Positions 18,418-27,881 of a stretch of 64,000 nucleotides of DNA are shown here, piece after piece. The stretch's first letter is position 1. Each line of letters starts with the position of its first letter. The DNA is taken from positions 544,001 through 608,000 of the forward strand of contig JBHYGA010000005.1 of the NCBI GenBank assembly GCA_051859245.1, written 5' to 3'. Made by a program: the position numbers and the translations under genes. The notes under the pieces are model-generated. The model did no database searches. It saw only the letters and a list, made by a program, of their open reading frames with translations, and had not been told where the DNA came from. The DNA is from Gemmatimonadaceae bacterium. GTDB taxonomy: Bacteria; Gemmatimonadota; Gemmatimonadetes; Gemmatimonadales; Gemmatimonadaceae.

Positions 18418-20022
18418 CTAGTGCCCCGCCGCTGGTTCCTCCGAACCCAGCAGCGTGCGCCGCTCCAGCGCGGCAAAGCGGGCCGCGCCGTCCTTGTCGG
18501 GACGCAGCAACGACACCAGCATGCCCACCGCGAACGAGATCGGTACCGAGACAAGGGCCGGATTGCGCAGTGGGAACCAGGCTGACTCGTGCTTGAGCAA
18601 GTCCATCTGGATGGCCGGCGACAACGTGATCAAGCCCACGGTGGTGAGCGTGCCGATCACCATGCTCGCGGCCGCACCGGCGGTGCTGGTGCGCGGCCAG
18701 AACACCGCAAGGAGCAGGGCGGGGAAGTTGCCACTGGCGGCAATCGCAAAGGCGAGGCCCACCATGAACGCCACGTTCTGTCCCTTGAACACCACGCCGA
18801 GGGCCATGGCAATCAACGCGAGGCACACCGTGGCAATACGGGCCACGCGCAGCTCTTCGCCGGGCTTGGGTTCACCGCGTCGTACCACGCTCGCCCACAG
18901 ATCGTGCGAGATCGCCGCCGCGCCGGAGAGCGCGAGTCCCGCGACGACCGCCAGAATCGTGGCGAACGCCACGGCCGCAATGAAGCCAAGGAACGGTCGG
19001 CCACCGAGCAGCTCGGCGAGCAGCGGTGCGGCCATGTTGCCGCCGGCGTCTACGGCGCGAATCGCGTCAGGTCCCACCAACACCATGGCGCCAAAGCCGA
19101 GGATGAAGGTGAGCAGATAGAACAGGCCGATCAGTCCCGTGGCGAAAAACACAGACCGGCGCGCCGCACGCGCATCGGGCACGGTGTAGAAGCGCATCAG
19201 AATGTGCGGCAAACCCGCGGTGCCAAACATGAGCGCAATACCGAGCGAAATCGCATCGAGCGGATTCTGCACCAGCTTGCCGGGTGCGAGCACGCCGCGC
19301 CCCTGTGCATCCGCCGCGGCGGCGAACAGTTGCAGCGGAGAAAAGTTGAACCGCGACAACACCAGAATCGCCAACATCGCCGCACCACCGAGCAGCAACA
19401 CTGCTTTGACGATCTGCACCCACGTGGTCGCGAGCATGCCGCCAAACAGCACGTAGGCCATCATCGCAATACCAACACCGATCACGGCGATCTCGTACGG
19501 TACACCAAGCAGCAAACGAATCAGCCCACCCGCACCAACCATTTGCGCAATCAGATAGAACGTGATCGTGGCGAGTGTGCCAACGGCTGCGGCAATGCGC
19601 ACTGGCCGTGGATTCAATCGCGCGGCCACCACGTCAGCAAAGGTGTAGCGTCCGAGATTGCGCAGTGGTTCGGCCACAAGAAACAACACCACCGGCCAGC
19701 CGACCAACCATCCGGTTGAGTACAACAAGCCGTCAAAACCAGATGTGGCCACGAGTCCGGCAATACCAAGAAACGAGGCCGCGCTCATGTAATCGCCGGC
19801 GAGCGCGAGTCCGTTCTGTCCAGCGGTGACGGTGCGCCCCGCAGCGTAAAAGTCATCGGTGGTGCGCGTGCGTCGCGCGGCCCAATACGTGATGCCGAGG
19901 GTGGCCGCGATGAACACCGCGAAGAAGGCGACAGCAACGGCGTTAGGCTGTCCGATACTGGTGGCGGCGGACGACGATGCTGCTGAGCTGGTTGCCGCCT
20001 GCAAGAGTGCGATCGTGATCAT
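18418..20022 (-). CDS. actP: Cation/acetate symporter (SSS family)
   Basis: [51 protein letters not shown] 20022 overlaps the DUF485 stop (ATGA). Confidence 0.92.
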   Translation of the reverse strand: MITIALLQAATSSAASSSAATSIGQPNAVAVAFFAVFIAATLGITYWAARRTRTTDDFYAAGRTVTAGQNGLALAGDYMSAASFLGIAGLVATSGFDGLLYSTGWLVGWPVVLFLVAEPLRNLGRYTFADVVAARLNPRPVRIAAAVGTLATITFYLIAQMVGAGGLIRLLLGVPYEIAVIGVGIAMMAYVLFGGMLATTWVQIVKAVLLLGGAAMLAILVLSRFNFSPLQLFAAAADAQGRGVLAPGKLVQNPLDAISLGIALMFGTAGLPHILMRFYTVPDARAARRSVFFATGLIGLFYLLTFILGFGAMVLVGPDAIRAVDAGGNMAAPLLAELLGGRPFLGFIAAVAFATILAVVAGLALSGAAAISHDLWASVVRRGEPKPGEELRVARIATVCLALIAMALGVVFKGQNVAFMVGLAFAIAASGNFPALLLAVFWPRTSTAGAAASMVIGTLTTVGLITLSPAIQMDLLKHESAWFPLRNPALVSVPISFAVGMLVSLLRPDKDGAARFAALERRTLLGSEEPAAGH

Positions 20023-20351
20023 TCGGCGATGCGCGTTGAGGCCTGCAACTCGGCGCGCTGCTCGGCGACCATTGGATCGTACACGGCATTGGTCCAGCGC
20101 ACGTAGGCCCACGTGAGCAGCCAGGCACTCACAATCACCATCGCCCCAAGCAGAATGCCGAGTGACAGACCGGGCGTGATTTCACGACCGAGCAGCGCCG
20201 GCGACCACGCCACGAGCGAGAGAAATCCGAAATAGATCGCCATCATCGCGATGGTGAGCGCGCCGGCGAGACGCCAACGCCGCCGCGCCACACCGCGCAT
20301 GCGCACGAGGGCCGCGTCGGACTGGCGGGATGAAGCGGAAGAGGAAGTCAT
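20019..20351 (-). CDS. DUF485 / YjcH-like small membrane protein
   Basis: Two TM helices, [12 protein letters not shown]; typical position just upstream of actP. Confidence 0.85.
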   Translation of the reverse strand: MTSSSASSRQSDAALVRMRGVARRRWRLAGALTIAMMAIYFGFLSLVAWSPALLGREITPGLSLGILLGAMVIVSAWLLTWAYVRWTNAVYDPMVAEQRAELQASTRIAE

Positions 20352-20434
20352 AGGGAAGGGAACGTACGGGCAGTGCATTGATGGGCAAGCGCTGCCATAT
20401 ATTCCTGCATTCCTTCACGCCTCACTCGCGCGCC

Positions 20435-20863
20435 ATGCCTCGAATGCTTATCGCGTTGTCCAGCCTGATTTCGGGTCTGGTGGCGCTCTACCTGCACCTG
20501 TGGAAGATCGGCAAAGCCGGATCGCTGGCGTGTAGCGGCAGCGGTGGTTGCGCCCTCGTGCAGGGCAGCAAATACGGGTGGTTTCTCGGCGTGGACGTCG
20601 CGCTCATTGGCACGATTGGCTACGCGCTGATTTTTCTTGTCGCGATTATCGGGACATCGGCGCGGTTTGCCGATTCGCGTGCAATTACCCGCGCGTTACA
20701 ACTGCTGATCTGGCCGGCGGTGCTGTTTACGGTGCGGCTCAAGTGGGCCGAGTTTGTGATTCTTAAATCGTTCTGCCCGTGGTGCGCCGTATCGGCCGTT
20801 ACGATTACGCTGTGTGCGATACTGGTTACGCTCGACGCGCGTCGATTGGCCCGCGAGGCGTGA
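20435..20863 (+). CDS. Vitamin K epoxide reductase (VKOR) family protein
   Basis: Loop cysteines ACSGSGGC, VQGSKYG, C-terminal CPWC, four TM helices. Confidence 0.88.
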   Translation: MPRMLIALSSLISGLVALYLHLWKIGKAGSLACSGSGGCALVQGSKYGWFLGVDVALIGTIGYALIFLVAIIGTSARFADSRAITRALQLLIWPAVLFTVRLKWAEFVILKSFCPWCAVSAVTITLCAILVTLDARRLAREA

Positions 20864-20917
20864 CCGACGCGCGTGGAACGTTCGCGGTGATGCGCCGCAG
20901 CTGTGCGCTGTTGCTGC

Positions 20918-21589
20918 TCAGGGCGCGGCGCGATCGCCGAGCATCACGTCAAACCACGACGCCATGCGTTCGGGACCGCCGTATCCTTGCATGGTCCCGC
21001 GAATGCGACCGTCTGCGTCAACGGCCACAAACGTGGGCGTGCCGCGGTAACGGAACGTGAGCAACACCTGTGACTGTGATGTTGCCGGCCCGAGCGGCAC
21101 AGCGCCCTGCAAGCCCGCTTCCACAAGCATTGGGGCCCCGTCAATCGCGCCCTCGAGCGTGAGCATGCGAAGCCCCGGTACCGGACGGCCTTTGGCATAC
21201 TGGCCCAGATCCTTGAGCGCGAGCTTGCAGTATCCGCACGTGCGCGAGTTGATCATCACAATGGCCGGCTCACCCGTGCGCACGATAGGCACCGTGGCGC
21301 CGCTCATGTCATGTACGGGAAACGCGCCGAGTCCCTGTACGCTGCTGGCGAGCGAACCGGGCGGTGCTTCCGTGGCCAGTGCGGCAACAGTAGCGGCCGC
21401 ATCATTCGTGACGGATCCCGGCACCGCCGATGCCGCGGGCGCAGCGGGCGTTTTGTCGCGCAGCGCAAAGACGATCGCGAGCACAATGGCGCCGCCGGCG
21501 ACGGCCATGAGCAGGTCGCGAGATGTTCGCCCCGCGCGCACACGCAGCGGTGAGGCCGCAGCCGAAGGCAGTTCAGTGAAATGACGCAT
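20918..21589 (-). CDS. Membrane-anchored thioredoxin-like (TlpA/ResA-type) CxxC protein
   Basis: TM anchor, SRTCGYCK, cis-Pro loop GTPTFVAVDADGRI; start ATG 21589 or a later Met. Confidence 0.75.
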   Translation of the reverse strand: MRHFTELPSAAASPLRVRAGRTSRDLLMAVAGGAIVLAIVFALRDKTPAAPAASAVPGSVTNDAAATVAALATEAPPGSLASSVQGLGAFPVHDMSGATVPIVRTGEPAIVMINSRTCGYCKLALKDLGQYAKGRPVPGLRMLTLEGAIDGAPMLVEAGLQGAVPLGPATSQSQVLLTFRYRGTPTFVAVDADGRIRGTMQGYGGPERMASWFDVMLGDRAAP

Positions 21590-22447
21590 ACCGGGAAAGA
21601 TCGCGAATCCGAGGGCCGTTTTGCACCCGCTGCGCCGGCGCCAGATACCGCGGGCTCGCTCACGGCGGGTCAGCTGCGCGAGCTGGACCTGGAGGCGTTC
21701 CTCCGCGATCCGCAGCGGAAGCAGGCGTTTGTCACTCCGATGTTCGACGTGATTGCGCCTCGGTACGATGACTTCACGCGTCTGTTCTCCTTTGGCATGG
21801 ACGCCCGCTGGAAGGCCGAGCTGCTCCGCGAGGCGCAGCGTCAACTCGAGTCCGGACGCAATATGGAGCCACGAGTGCTGGATCTGGCCTGCGGCACGGG
21901 TGATCTGGCGATTGGTGTGGCTCGGAGCGCGCGTGCGCAGTTCCCGGGGGTGCGCGTACTGGGTGTGGACGCGTCGAAAGAGATGATCAAACAGGCGCGC
22001 GAACGTCTGCTCGGCAGCGATCGCGACGTGGGCGACCTCGTGCAGGTGATCGCAGGCGACATGAGTGCGCTGTCTGCCACGAACGGCTCAATCGATCTGA
22101 TCACGGCTGGATACGCGGTACGGAACGCCCCGTCCCCTGAGCTGGCTATCCGTGAAGCGGCGCGTGTACTCCGGAGCGGCGGGGTGTACATCACCCTCGA
22201 TTTTTATCGGCCCGCGTTAACACCGTGGCGCGTGTTGCTGCTCGGGTACCTCGCGGCTGCGGGTAACCTTGTGGGCTGGACCTGGCATCGGTCTCCGGTG
22301 GTATACGGCTACATTGCAAGGTCCATCGAACATTTCATGTCGTGGCAAGAGTTTTCGCGTGCGCTCGATCGCAATGGGTTTGCGGTGCAGTCGGTCACGC
22401 GCTGGTTGGGTGGTGGAGTCGCGATGCACGTCGCTGTTCGTCGCTGA
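21581..22447 (+). CDS. UbiE/MenG-family quinone biosynthesis methyltransferase
   Basis: MFDVIAPRYD, FSFGMDARWK, VLDLACGTGD, GYAVRN. Confidence 0.85.
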   Translation: MTHTGKDRESEGRFAPAAPAPDTAGSLTAGQLRELDLEAFLRDPQRKQAFVTPMFDVIAPRYDDFTRLFSFGMDARWKAELLREAQRQLESGRNMEPRVLDLACGTGDLAIGVARSARAQFPGVRVLGVDASKEMIKQARERLLGSDRDVGDLVQVIAGDMSALSATNGSIDLITAGYAVRNAPSPELAIREAARVLRSGGVYITLDFYRPALTPWRVLLLGYLAAAGNLVGWTWHRSPVVYGYIARSIEHFMSWQEFSRALDRNGFAVQSVTRWLGGGVAMHVAVRR

Positions 22448-22486
22448 TTTGTGTCCGCCATTTTTCTCACTTTCACGCAGGCTGTC

Positions 22487-22999
22487 ATGCACGCTTTCGC
22501 ATTTGCACGTTCACGTCGTCGCTCGTTTCTCGTGGCACTTCCGCTGGCGGCACTCGCACTCGTCGCCGCGTGCTCAAACAGTGATGCCGGCAATCCAACG
22601 GGTCCGTCCAACCCGGCGACCGAAGTGTTTGCCGCGTCGCTTGGTGTGGATCTCGCGCAGATGACGGAGCGTGCATCTCGATTGTACGTGCGTGACATCA
22701 CGGTTGGCACCGGCGCCGAAGCGACGGCCGGACGCAGTCTGCGCATGCGCTACACTGGCTGGCTGCGCACGGGTGTGCAGTTCGACAGCAATGTCTCGTC
22801 GGGAACGCCGTTTACGTTCACGCTTGGCGCTGGCCAGGTGATTGCCGGTTGGGACATTGGTGTGGCCGGCATGCGTGTTGGCGGAAAACGCCGCCTCGTG
22901 CTTGGCTCCGAGTACGGCTACGGCCCGTCGGGTTCGGGTTCGATCCCGCCGCACGCGACGCTCGTGTTTGATGTCGAGCTTGTGAGTATCGCGAACTAA
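22487..22999 (+). CDS. FKBP-type peptidyl-prolyl isomerase, lipoprotein
   Basis: Lipobox LVAAC, YTGWL, FDSN, VIAGWDIG, IPPHATLVFDVEL. Confidence 0.92.
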   Translation: MHAFAFARSRRRSFLVALPLAALALVAACSNSDAGNPTGPSNPATEVFAASLGVDLAQMTERASRLYVRDITVGTGAEATAGRSLRMRYTGWLRTGVQFDSNVSSGTPFTFTLGAGQVIAGWDIGVAGMRVGGKRRLVLGSEYGYGPSGSGSIPPHATLVFDVELVSIAN

Positions 23000-23025
23000 C
23001 CGCGTACCAGGCGCATACTGCGGGA

Positions 23026-23769
23026 TTATTCGAGGGGCGACGCTTCGGCCGTCGCGATGAGGTGGCCATGCAAACGGGTCCACCACGCGCGAACCACGAT
23101 GTGTCGCCCCTCAAACTCTGGAAGCGAGAGACGCACGTCGGTCTTCCCGTTCGCGTCGGGACTCACTTCGACTTCCTGAAAGCGCACGTATCGCTGCACG
23201 TGCGGATCGATCGTTTTGTACACCGCTTCTTTCAGCGCAAACCGCAGTCGCACCGCTTCGCGATAGGCCAAGGCATCATTCGCTGCTAACCAGGCGAGCG
23301 CATGGCGTTCTGACGCGGTGAGAATTTTCGGCGCGAGATCCGGTCGTGTGAGATCCCGCTCGTCAGGGATTTCTTCCACGTCGATGCCAATCGTGTTGAC
23401 CATGTGCTGCGGCAGTGCGGCCATACCCACGGCGAGTGTGCGCTTGTGGCTCACGGAGCCGAGCACGCCCGGTGGCAGCTGGGGCGCGCCGCGCGGGGTT
23501 TTGAGCACCGGCACGTGCTGCGCATCCGGCGCGACAACAGACAGCGCGTTCCGAAGCGCGAGTCTTCCGCCAACGAACGACACACGTCGTGGAATCGCCA
23601 GTCGCTCGGCGAGTTGTTGTTCGTCGGGCAGCAGCTGCGGTTCTGATCGCTCAAGTGTGGCGCGGAGCGCGTCCTCACTGCGCGAACCGGGCAGTCGCAC
23701 CACGGCCAACTGGCCGTGTGGGAGGCGCTGACTCGAAAGTACGAGAAAATCTTCGTTGGGTGATTCCAT
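23026..23769 (-). CDS. 4'-phosphopantetheinyl transferase (EntD/Npt-like)
   Basis: GAPQLPPGVLGSVSHK, IGIDVE, FALKEAVYK; ATG 23769 with a GGAGG RBS. Confidence 0.85.
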   Translation of the reverse strand: MESPNEDFLVLSSQRLPHGQLAVVRLPGSRSEDALRATLERSEPQLLPDEQQLAERLAIPRRVSFVGGRLALRNALSVVAPDAQHVPVLKTPRGAPQLPPGVLGSVSHKRTLAVGMAALPQHMVNTIGIDVEEIPDERDLTRPDLAPKILTASERHALAWLAANDALAYREAVRLRFALKEAVYKTIDPHVQRYVRFQEVEVSPDANGKTDVRLSLPEFEGRHIVVRAWWTRLHGHLIATAEASPLE

Positions 23770-23814
23770 ACCTCCAATCTCCCATCTGTGCGCGCAAGAT
23801 GCCATGCTTCCCGC

Positions 23815-25110
23815 ATGACGCAACCTGCCACTCCCGCGCGTGCCTGGTACATCATTGCAGTGCTCACGCTGGCCAACGTGAGCGGCTTTGTGGATCGACA
23901 GATCTTGTCGCTGCTGGTGGAGCCGATCAAACGCGACCTGGGGGTGTCGGACACGCAGGTATCGTTGCTCATGGGGCTGAGCTTCGCGGTGTTTTATTCC
24001 GCGTTGGGCATTCCGATTGGTCGACTGGCAGATCGCGGAAGTCGACGCGCGATTGTGGCGGTTGGTGCAGCGCTGTGGAGTGTGATGACGGCGCTCAGCG
24101 GCCTCGCGCGCACGTTCACGCAACTGTTTGTGCTCAGAATCGGCGTGGGTGTTGGTGAGGCCACGCTCGGGCCCTCGGCGATTTCCATGATCGCCGATGC
24201 CTTCCCGCGTGAACGACGCGGCACGGCCATGAGCGTCTACATGCTCGGCACCTTTCTCGGGTCGGGCATTGCCTACGCATTGGGCGCCTATGTGGTCGGA
24301 CTCACCGCTGCGCAGGGAAGTTTGAGTTGGCCGATTGTCGGCGAGATTCGTCCCTGGCAGAGCGTGTTTTTCGTGGTGGGGCTTCCCGGGTTGGTGATTG
24401 CATTGCTGGCCATGACCATGCACGAACCAGCGCGTTCAAACACGGCGCCGGTGTTGCCGTTGCGAGAGGTCGTGCGGTATTTCCGCCAACATGCAAAAAC
24501 CATGGGGCTGCTGTCGTTCGGTTTTGCGTGTTCGGCCGCGGTGAACTACGGCATCGCCGCCTGGCTGGCCACGTTCTTTGTGCGCACGCACGGGTGGACG
24601 GCCACTGAGGCCGGCACGTTGCAAGGTGTGCTCACCATGACCGTTGGTGTGGCCGGTACACTCGTGGGTGGACGGCTCACGGACCGCTGGACGCGCGCTG
24701 GTCAGACTGATGCGCCGCTGCGTGTGGGTATCTACGCTGCGACTGGACTGCTGCTCACAGCGGGACTGTATCCACTCGTCCCATCGGCGACGGTCGCGGC
24801 CGCGTTGCTCGTGCCGGTGAATCTGTTTGCGGCCATGCCGTGGGGTGCCGCCAGTGCGGCCGTGGCCGAAGCGTTGCCGTCGAGGATGCGCGGACAGGGG
24901 TCGGCAGTGTACTTTCTCGTCGTCAACTTATTCGCTGGCGTGTTTGGACCGACGGCGGTAGCGTTGCTCACGGATCACGTGTTCGAAGATCCCGCGTCGC
25001 TGCGTTGGTCGCTCGCCGTGTGTACGGTTGTCGGAATGCTGCTTACAATCACGCTACTTGGATTCGGTCGCGCGGCGTATCGAACAACGGTGGCAATACG
25101 GGAGACCTGA
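23815..25110 (+). CDS. MFS transporter (spinster-like)
   Basis: FVDRQILSLLVEPIKRDLG, motif A GRLADRGSRR, RIGVGVGEA, about 12 TM helices. Confidence 0.9.
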   Translation: MTQPATPARAWYIIAVLTLANVSGFVDRQILSLLVEPIKRDLGVSDTQVSLLMGLSFAVFYSALGIPIGRLADRGSRRAIVAVGAALWSVMTALSGLARTFTQLFVLRIGVGVGEATLGPSAISMIADAFPRERRGTAMSVYMLGTFLGSGIAYALGAYVVGLTAAQGSLSWPIVGEIRPWQSVFFVVGLPGLVIALLAMTMHEPARSNTAPVLPLREVVRYFRQHAKTMGLLSFGFACSAAVNYGIAAWLATFFVRTHGWTATEAGTLQGVLTMTVGVAGTLVGGRLTDRWTRAGQTDAPLRVGIYAATGLLLTAGLYPLVPSATVAAALLVPVNLFAAMPWGAASAAVAEALPSRMRGQGSAVYFLVVNLFAGVFGPTAVALLTDHVFEDPASLRWSLAVCTVVGMLLTITLLGFGRAAYRTTVAIRET

Positions 25111-25733
25111 TGCGTCGAATGCTTTTCGCAGGGGTTGGTGTGCTGGCGGGTGCTGTCATGCTTTCAACGTCTGCGTCGGCGCAGTCCATGCCGCGCACGC
25201 CGCGTGCTGAAGCTGGGGTGTCTATGATCATGTCACCATCTGCCAGCTCGCGAATTCCAGAGTTGATGGTTGGTCCGATGTTGAACGTCACCGTGGCGCA
25301 AGCCGGTGGTGGTATCGTTGGTGTTGAAGGTGCCATGCGATTCCGCGCTGATGGAACGCAGTTGCAAGTATGTCCGCAGCCACCGGGTGTGATTTGTGAT
25401 GCGCGCAATGTGAAGACGCTCACGACTGCTGGTCTCACATTCCGTCGCGGCTTTGGCGCACAGCCCATGCGCGAGGGTGCGATTTTCCGCGCTGGTATTG
25501 GCGCTGCGTTCACGTCGCTGAAAGGCACGGCCACGATTTATCCGAATGCCGACGGCACACGTCCGGCACTCGAAGACGTGCAGAAGAATTCCGGTGTCGC
25601 CGATCTCGGCCTGGGCTGGATTCAGCGCGTTGGCAACGTGCCGGTGCGTCTCGAAGGTCGCGTGGCCGGATTTGCGCCGGAACTGGCCAACACGCGCTAC
25701 GTGTACGGATTCCAGATCGGCCTCGGCTACTAA
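25110..25733 (+). CDS. Hypothetical small outer-membrane beta-barrel protein
   Basis: Signal peptide ending SASA-Q, amphipathic strands, aromatic C-terminus YGFQIGLGY; start overlaps the MFS stop. Confidence 0.65.
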   Translation: MRRMLFAGVGVLAGAVMLSTSASAQSMPRTPRAEAGVSMIMSPSASSRIPELMVGPMLNVTVAQAGGGIVGVEGAMRFRADGTQLQVCPQPPGVICDARNVKTLTTAGLTFRRGFGAQPMREGAIFRAGIGAAFTSLKGTATIYPNADGTRPALEDVQKNSGVADLGLGWIQRVGNVPVRLEGRVAGFAPELANTRYVYGFQIGLGY

Positions 25734-25755
25734 CCCCGATTGCTTTGCAGCACAG

Positions 25756-25789
25756 CGGCGGACGCGAACTGATTCGCGTCCGCCGTTTT
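25756..25789 (+). terminator. Rho-independent terminator between convergent genes
   Basis: 13-bp perfect stem CGGCGGACGCGAA-ctga-TTCGCGTCCGCCG followed by TTTT. Confidence 0.8.
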
Positions 25790-25790
25790 G

Positions 25791-27065
25791 TTATCGCGCG
25801 CGATCGCCTTCCACAAAATCCGGTCGCGAGAGACCCGTGACCACATTGCCAGCAAGCAAACCGGCGGCCAACGAGATGCCGATAATCGCAACGTTGAACG
25901 CGGTATCGATTCCTGCTACGGTTTCGTTGCCGAGCAACGAGGTGACGGAGCGAAAGCCAATGCTCCCCGGCACGAGAATCAGCAGTCCCGGTACTTGTGT
26001 GACCATGGCGGACGCACGCCGAAAACGTTCGAGCAAGTTGCTGCCCGCACCCACCACGAGCGCGCCGAGGAATGCGCCAAGCTCTTCGCCCATCGCGCGT
26101 CCCGCGTAACGCGACGTGACAAACGCGGTGACACCAGCGAGCACAATCCATCCCACGTCTTTGCGATCGGCGCGCAGCAGCACGGCAAAACACAGCGGCG
26201 CGAGCACAGCGGCGACGGCCTCTGTCCACCACGCAACGCGAGGCGCTTGAATCATCCACGCGGGGTCGCCGTTCAGCACGAGATTGGCGAACAGCGTGCC
26301 CGCTTTCGCGCCCAGCGCAACGCCAAAACCCAGTCCAAGAAACGTGACGAGTGCACCGGACAACCGCGCCGTACCGGACGCGAGATGTCGCGTGCTGAGT
26401 TCGGTGAGTCCGATGGTGAACGTGAGTCCTGGCAGCAGTACGATCAGACCCGCGAGCGACGTTTGATAGGCATTGCCGCTGGTTGTGAGACCGGCGACAA
26501 AAAACGCGAGCGTTGACACAATGCCGGCCGTCATGGGTTCGAGCACCGGCGCGAGTGATTTGTTGCTGGTCGCGGCGAGTGCACACAAGCCGGCCACGAG
26601 TCCGAGCACTCCCGCGATCGCGGCTTCGAACACCGTGACTCCGAAAAAACAGGAGATCGCGGTCGACGCGACAACAAACGCGGCCAGTGTTTGCCACTTG
26701 CTCCACCGCGGCGGTTCCGCGAGCAAGGCCATGATGCGGGCCGAACCTTCTGACGCGGTGACTTTTCCGTCGATGACTTCGGACATGATGCCGTCGAGTC
26801 GCGACAGATGGCCGAGGTTGGGCTCACCGGGCTCCACGCGCATGAGGTGCGTGCGCTGCGCGTCCTGCGTGCCGAATCCGGCAAAGATGGAGGTTGGTGT
26901 GGTAAAGAACTGGGCTTCCACACCGAGCTTTGCGGCGACGGCGCCGAGCACCGCTTCGAGCCGGTGCGCGGGATAGCCGTGCGCGTGCAGCGCCCGCGCG
27001 AGATGCAGGATGAAATGCGACGAGAGGTGCTGCGCGGTATCAACCGGTGCGGGCGTGACAGGCAT
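25791..27065 (-). CDS. Threonine/serine exporter family (ThrE + ThrE_2)
   Basis: ALHAHGYPAHRLE, LIVLLPGLTFTIGLTEL...SGTARL, PGLLILVPGS. Confidence 0.88.
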   Translation of the reverse strand: MPVTPAPVDTAQHLSSHFILHLARALHAHGYPAHRLEAVLGAVAAKLGVEAQFFTTPTSIFAGFGTQDAQRTHLMRVEPGEPNLGHLSRLDGIMSEVIDGKVTASEGSARIMALLAEPPRWSKWQTLAAFVVASTAISCFFGVTVFEAAIAGVLGLVAGLCALAATSNKSLAPVLEPMTAGIVSTLAFFVAGLTTSGNAYQTSLAGLIVLLPGLTFTIGLTELSTRHLASGTARLSGALVTFLGLGFGVALGAKAGTLFANLVLNGDPAWMIQAPRVAWWTEAVAAVLAPLCFAVLLRADRKDVGWIVLAGVTAFVTSRYAGRAMGEELGAFLGALVVGAGSNLLERFRRASAMVTQVPGLLILVPGSIGFRSVTSLLGNETVAGIDTAFNVAIIGISLAAGLLAGNVVTGLSRPDFVEGDRAR

Positions 27066-27106
27066 AGAGCGAGGAGTCTACTCAAAAGTCGCGCTGGCTG
27101 GCGCGG

Positions 27107-27127
27107 GTATAGGGGGACGGGGTATAC
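27107..27127. promoter_or_regulatory. CsoR/RcnR-type operator
   Basis: GTATA-GGGGGACGGGG-TATAC: AT inverted repeats flanking G tracts, directly upstream of csoR. Confidence 0.7.
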
Positions 27128-27173
27128 TACATGAGTTGCTCACTCGCCGCTGGATCTATTTGGGAGACGTCAG

Positions 27174-27533
27174 ATGAAAACAGAGATGGTGCAGGGGGCG
27201 GCGCACTGCGCGTGCGGCCCAGCGCTGGAAGACGCTGGCGACGGCAAGCATGCGACTGCGGTGGATCCAGAGATCAAAAAGCGGAATCTCTCGCGACTGC
27301 GGCGCATTGAGGGGCAGGTGCGCGGTCTGCAAAAGATGGTGGAAGAGGAACGCTGGTGCGCGGATGTGCTGACGCAGGTGTCGTCGGTGCAGGAAGCGTT
27401 GCGCGGTGTGTCCCGCGAGCTGATGCGCAATCATCTCAAGCACTGCGCGGCATCGGCGGCGCGGCAGGCCGATGGTGATGCGGACGCGGTGTACGATGAG
27501 CTGGTGGAGTTGATGTTCAAGTACGCACGGTGA
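27174..27533 (+). CDS. csoR: CsoR-family metal-sensitive repressor
   Basis: RLRRIEGQVRGLQKMVEEERWCADVLTQ...RNHLKHC (Cys-His-Cys fingerprint); N-terminal HCAC. Confidence 0.9.
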   Translation: MKTEMVQGAAHCACGPALEDAGDGKHATAVDPEIKKRNLSRLRRIEGQVRGLQKMVEEERWCADVLTQVSSVQEALRGVSRELMRNHLKHCAASAARQADGDADAVYDELVELMFKYAR

Positions 27534-27576
27534 GCGGGCGCTGCTCAGCAGACTTTCCCCTGCGTTGCCGTTCCCG

Positions 27577-27792
27577 ATTCGGTCATTCGGCCCTGTAGCA
27601 GGAGCCTATGGCCATTTGGCCTTTCGGCCTCCCCGTTTCGGAAGGCCGCACGGAACGTACGATTCCCGTGAGATCCTGGCGTTGCACAAGGCGCTCGTTG
27701 TTCTCCGTGGGTGCTCTGTGCCTGTGTACGAAAATGCGAGGCCGAAAGGCCAAATGGCCATAGGCTCCTGCTACAGGGCCGAATGACCGAAT
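27577..27792. repeat. Perfect 55-bp inverted repeat (27577-27631 / 27738-27792) with 106-bp spacer; MITE/REPIN-like element or structured RNA
   Basis: Left arm ATTCGGTCATTCGGCCCTGTAGCAGGAGCCTATGGCCATTTGGCCTTTCGGCCTC is the exact reverse complement of the right arm. Confidence 0.9.
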
Positions 27793-27881
27793 ACGAACTG
27801 CAACAGCAGCAGTGCGGCGATAGGTGACCGCGCGAAGTGAATTGGTGAGAGAGTTGCGGTGCGACGGGTGTAGGGTGTGCC

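Noticed and set aside
23770..24423. N-terminal extension of the 465-aa ORF 23026..24423
   Set aside because: Antisense to the MFS gene; the PPTase begins at ATG 23769 with a good RBS
27577..27792. CRISPR array
   Set aside because: The repeats are inverted, there are only two, and there are no cas genes
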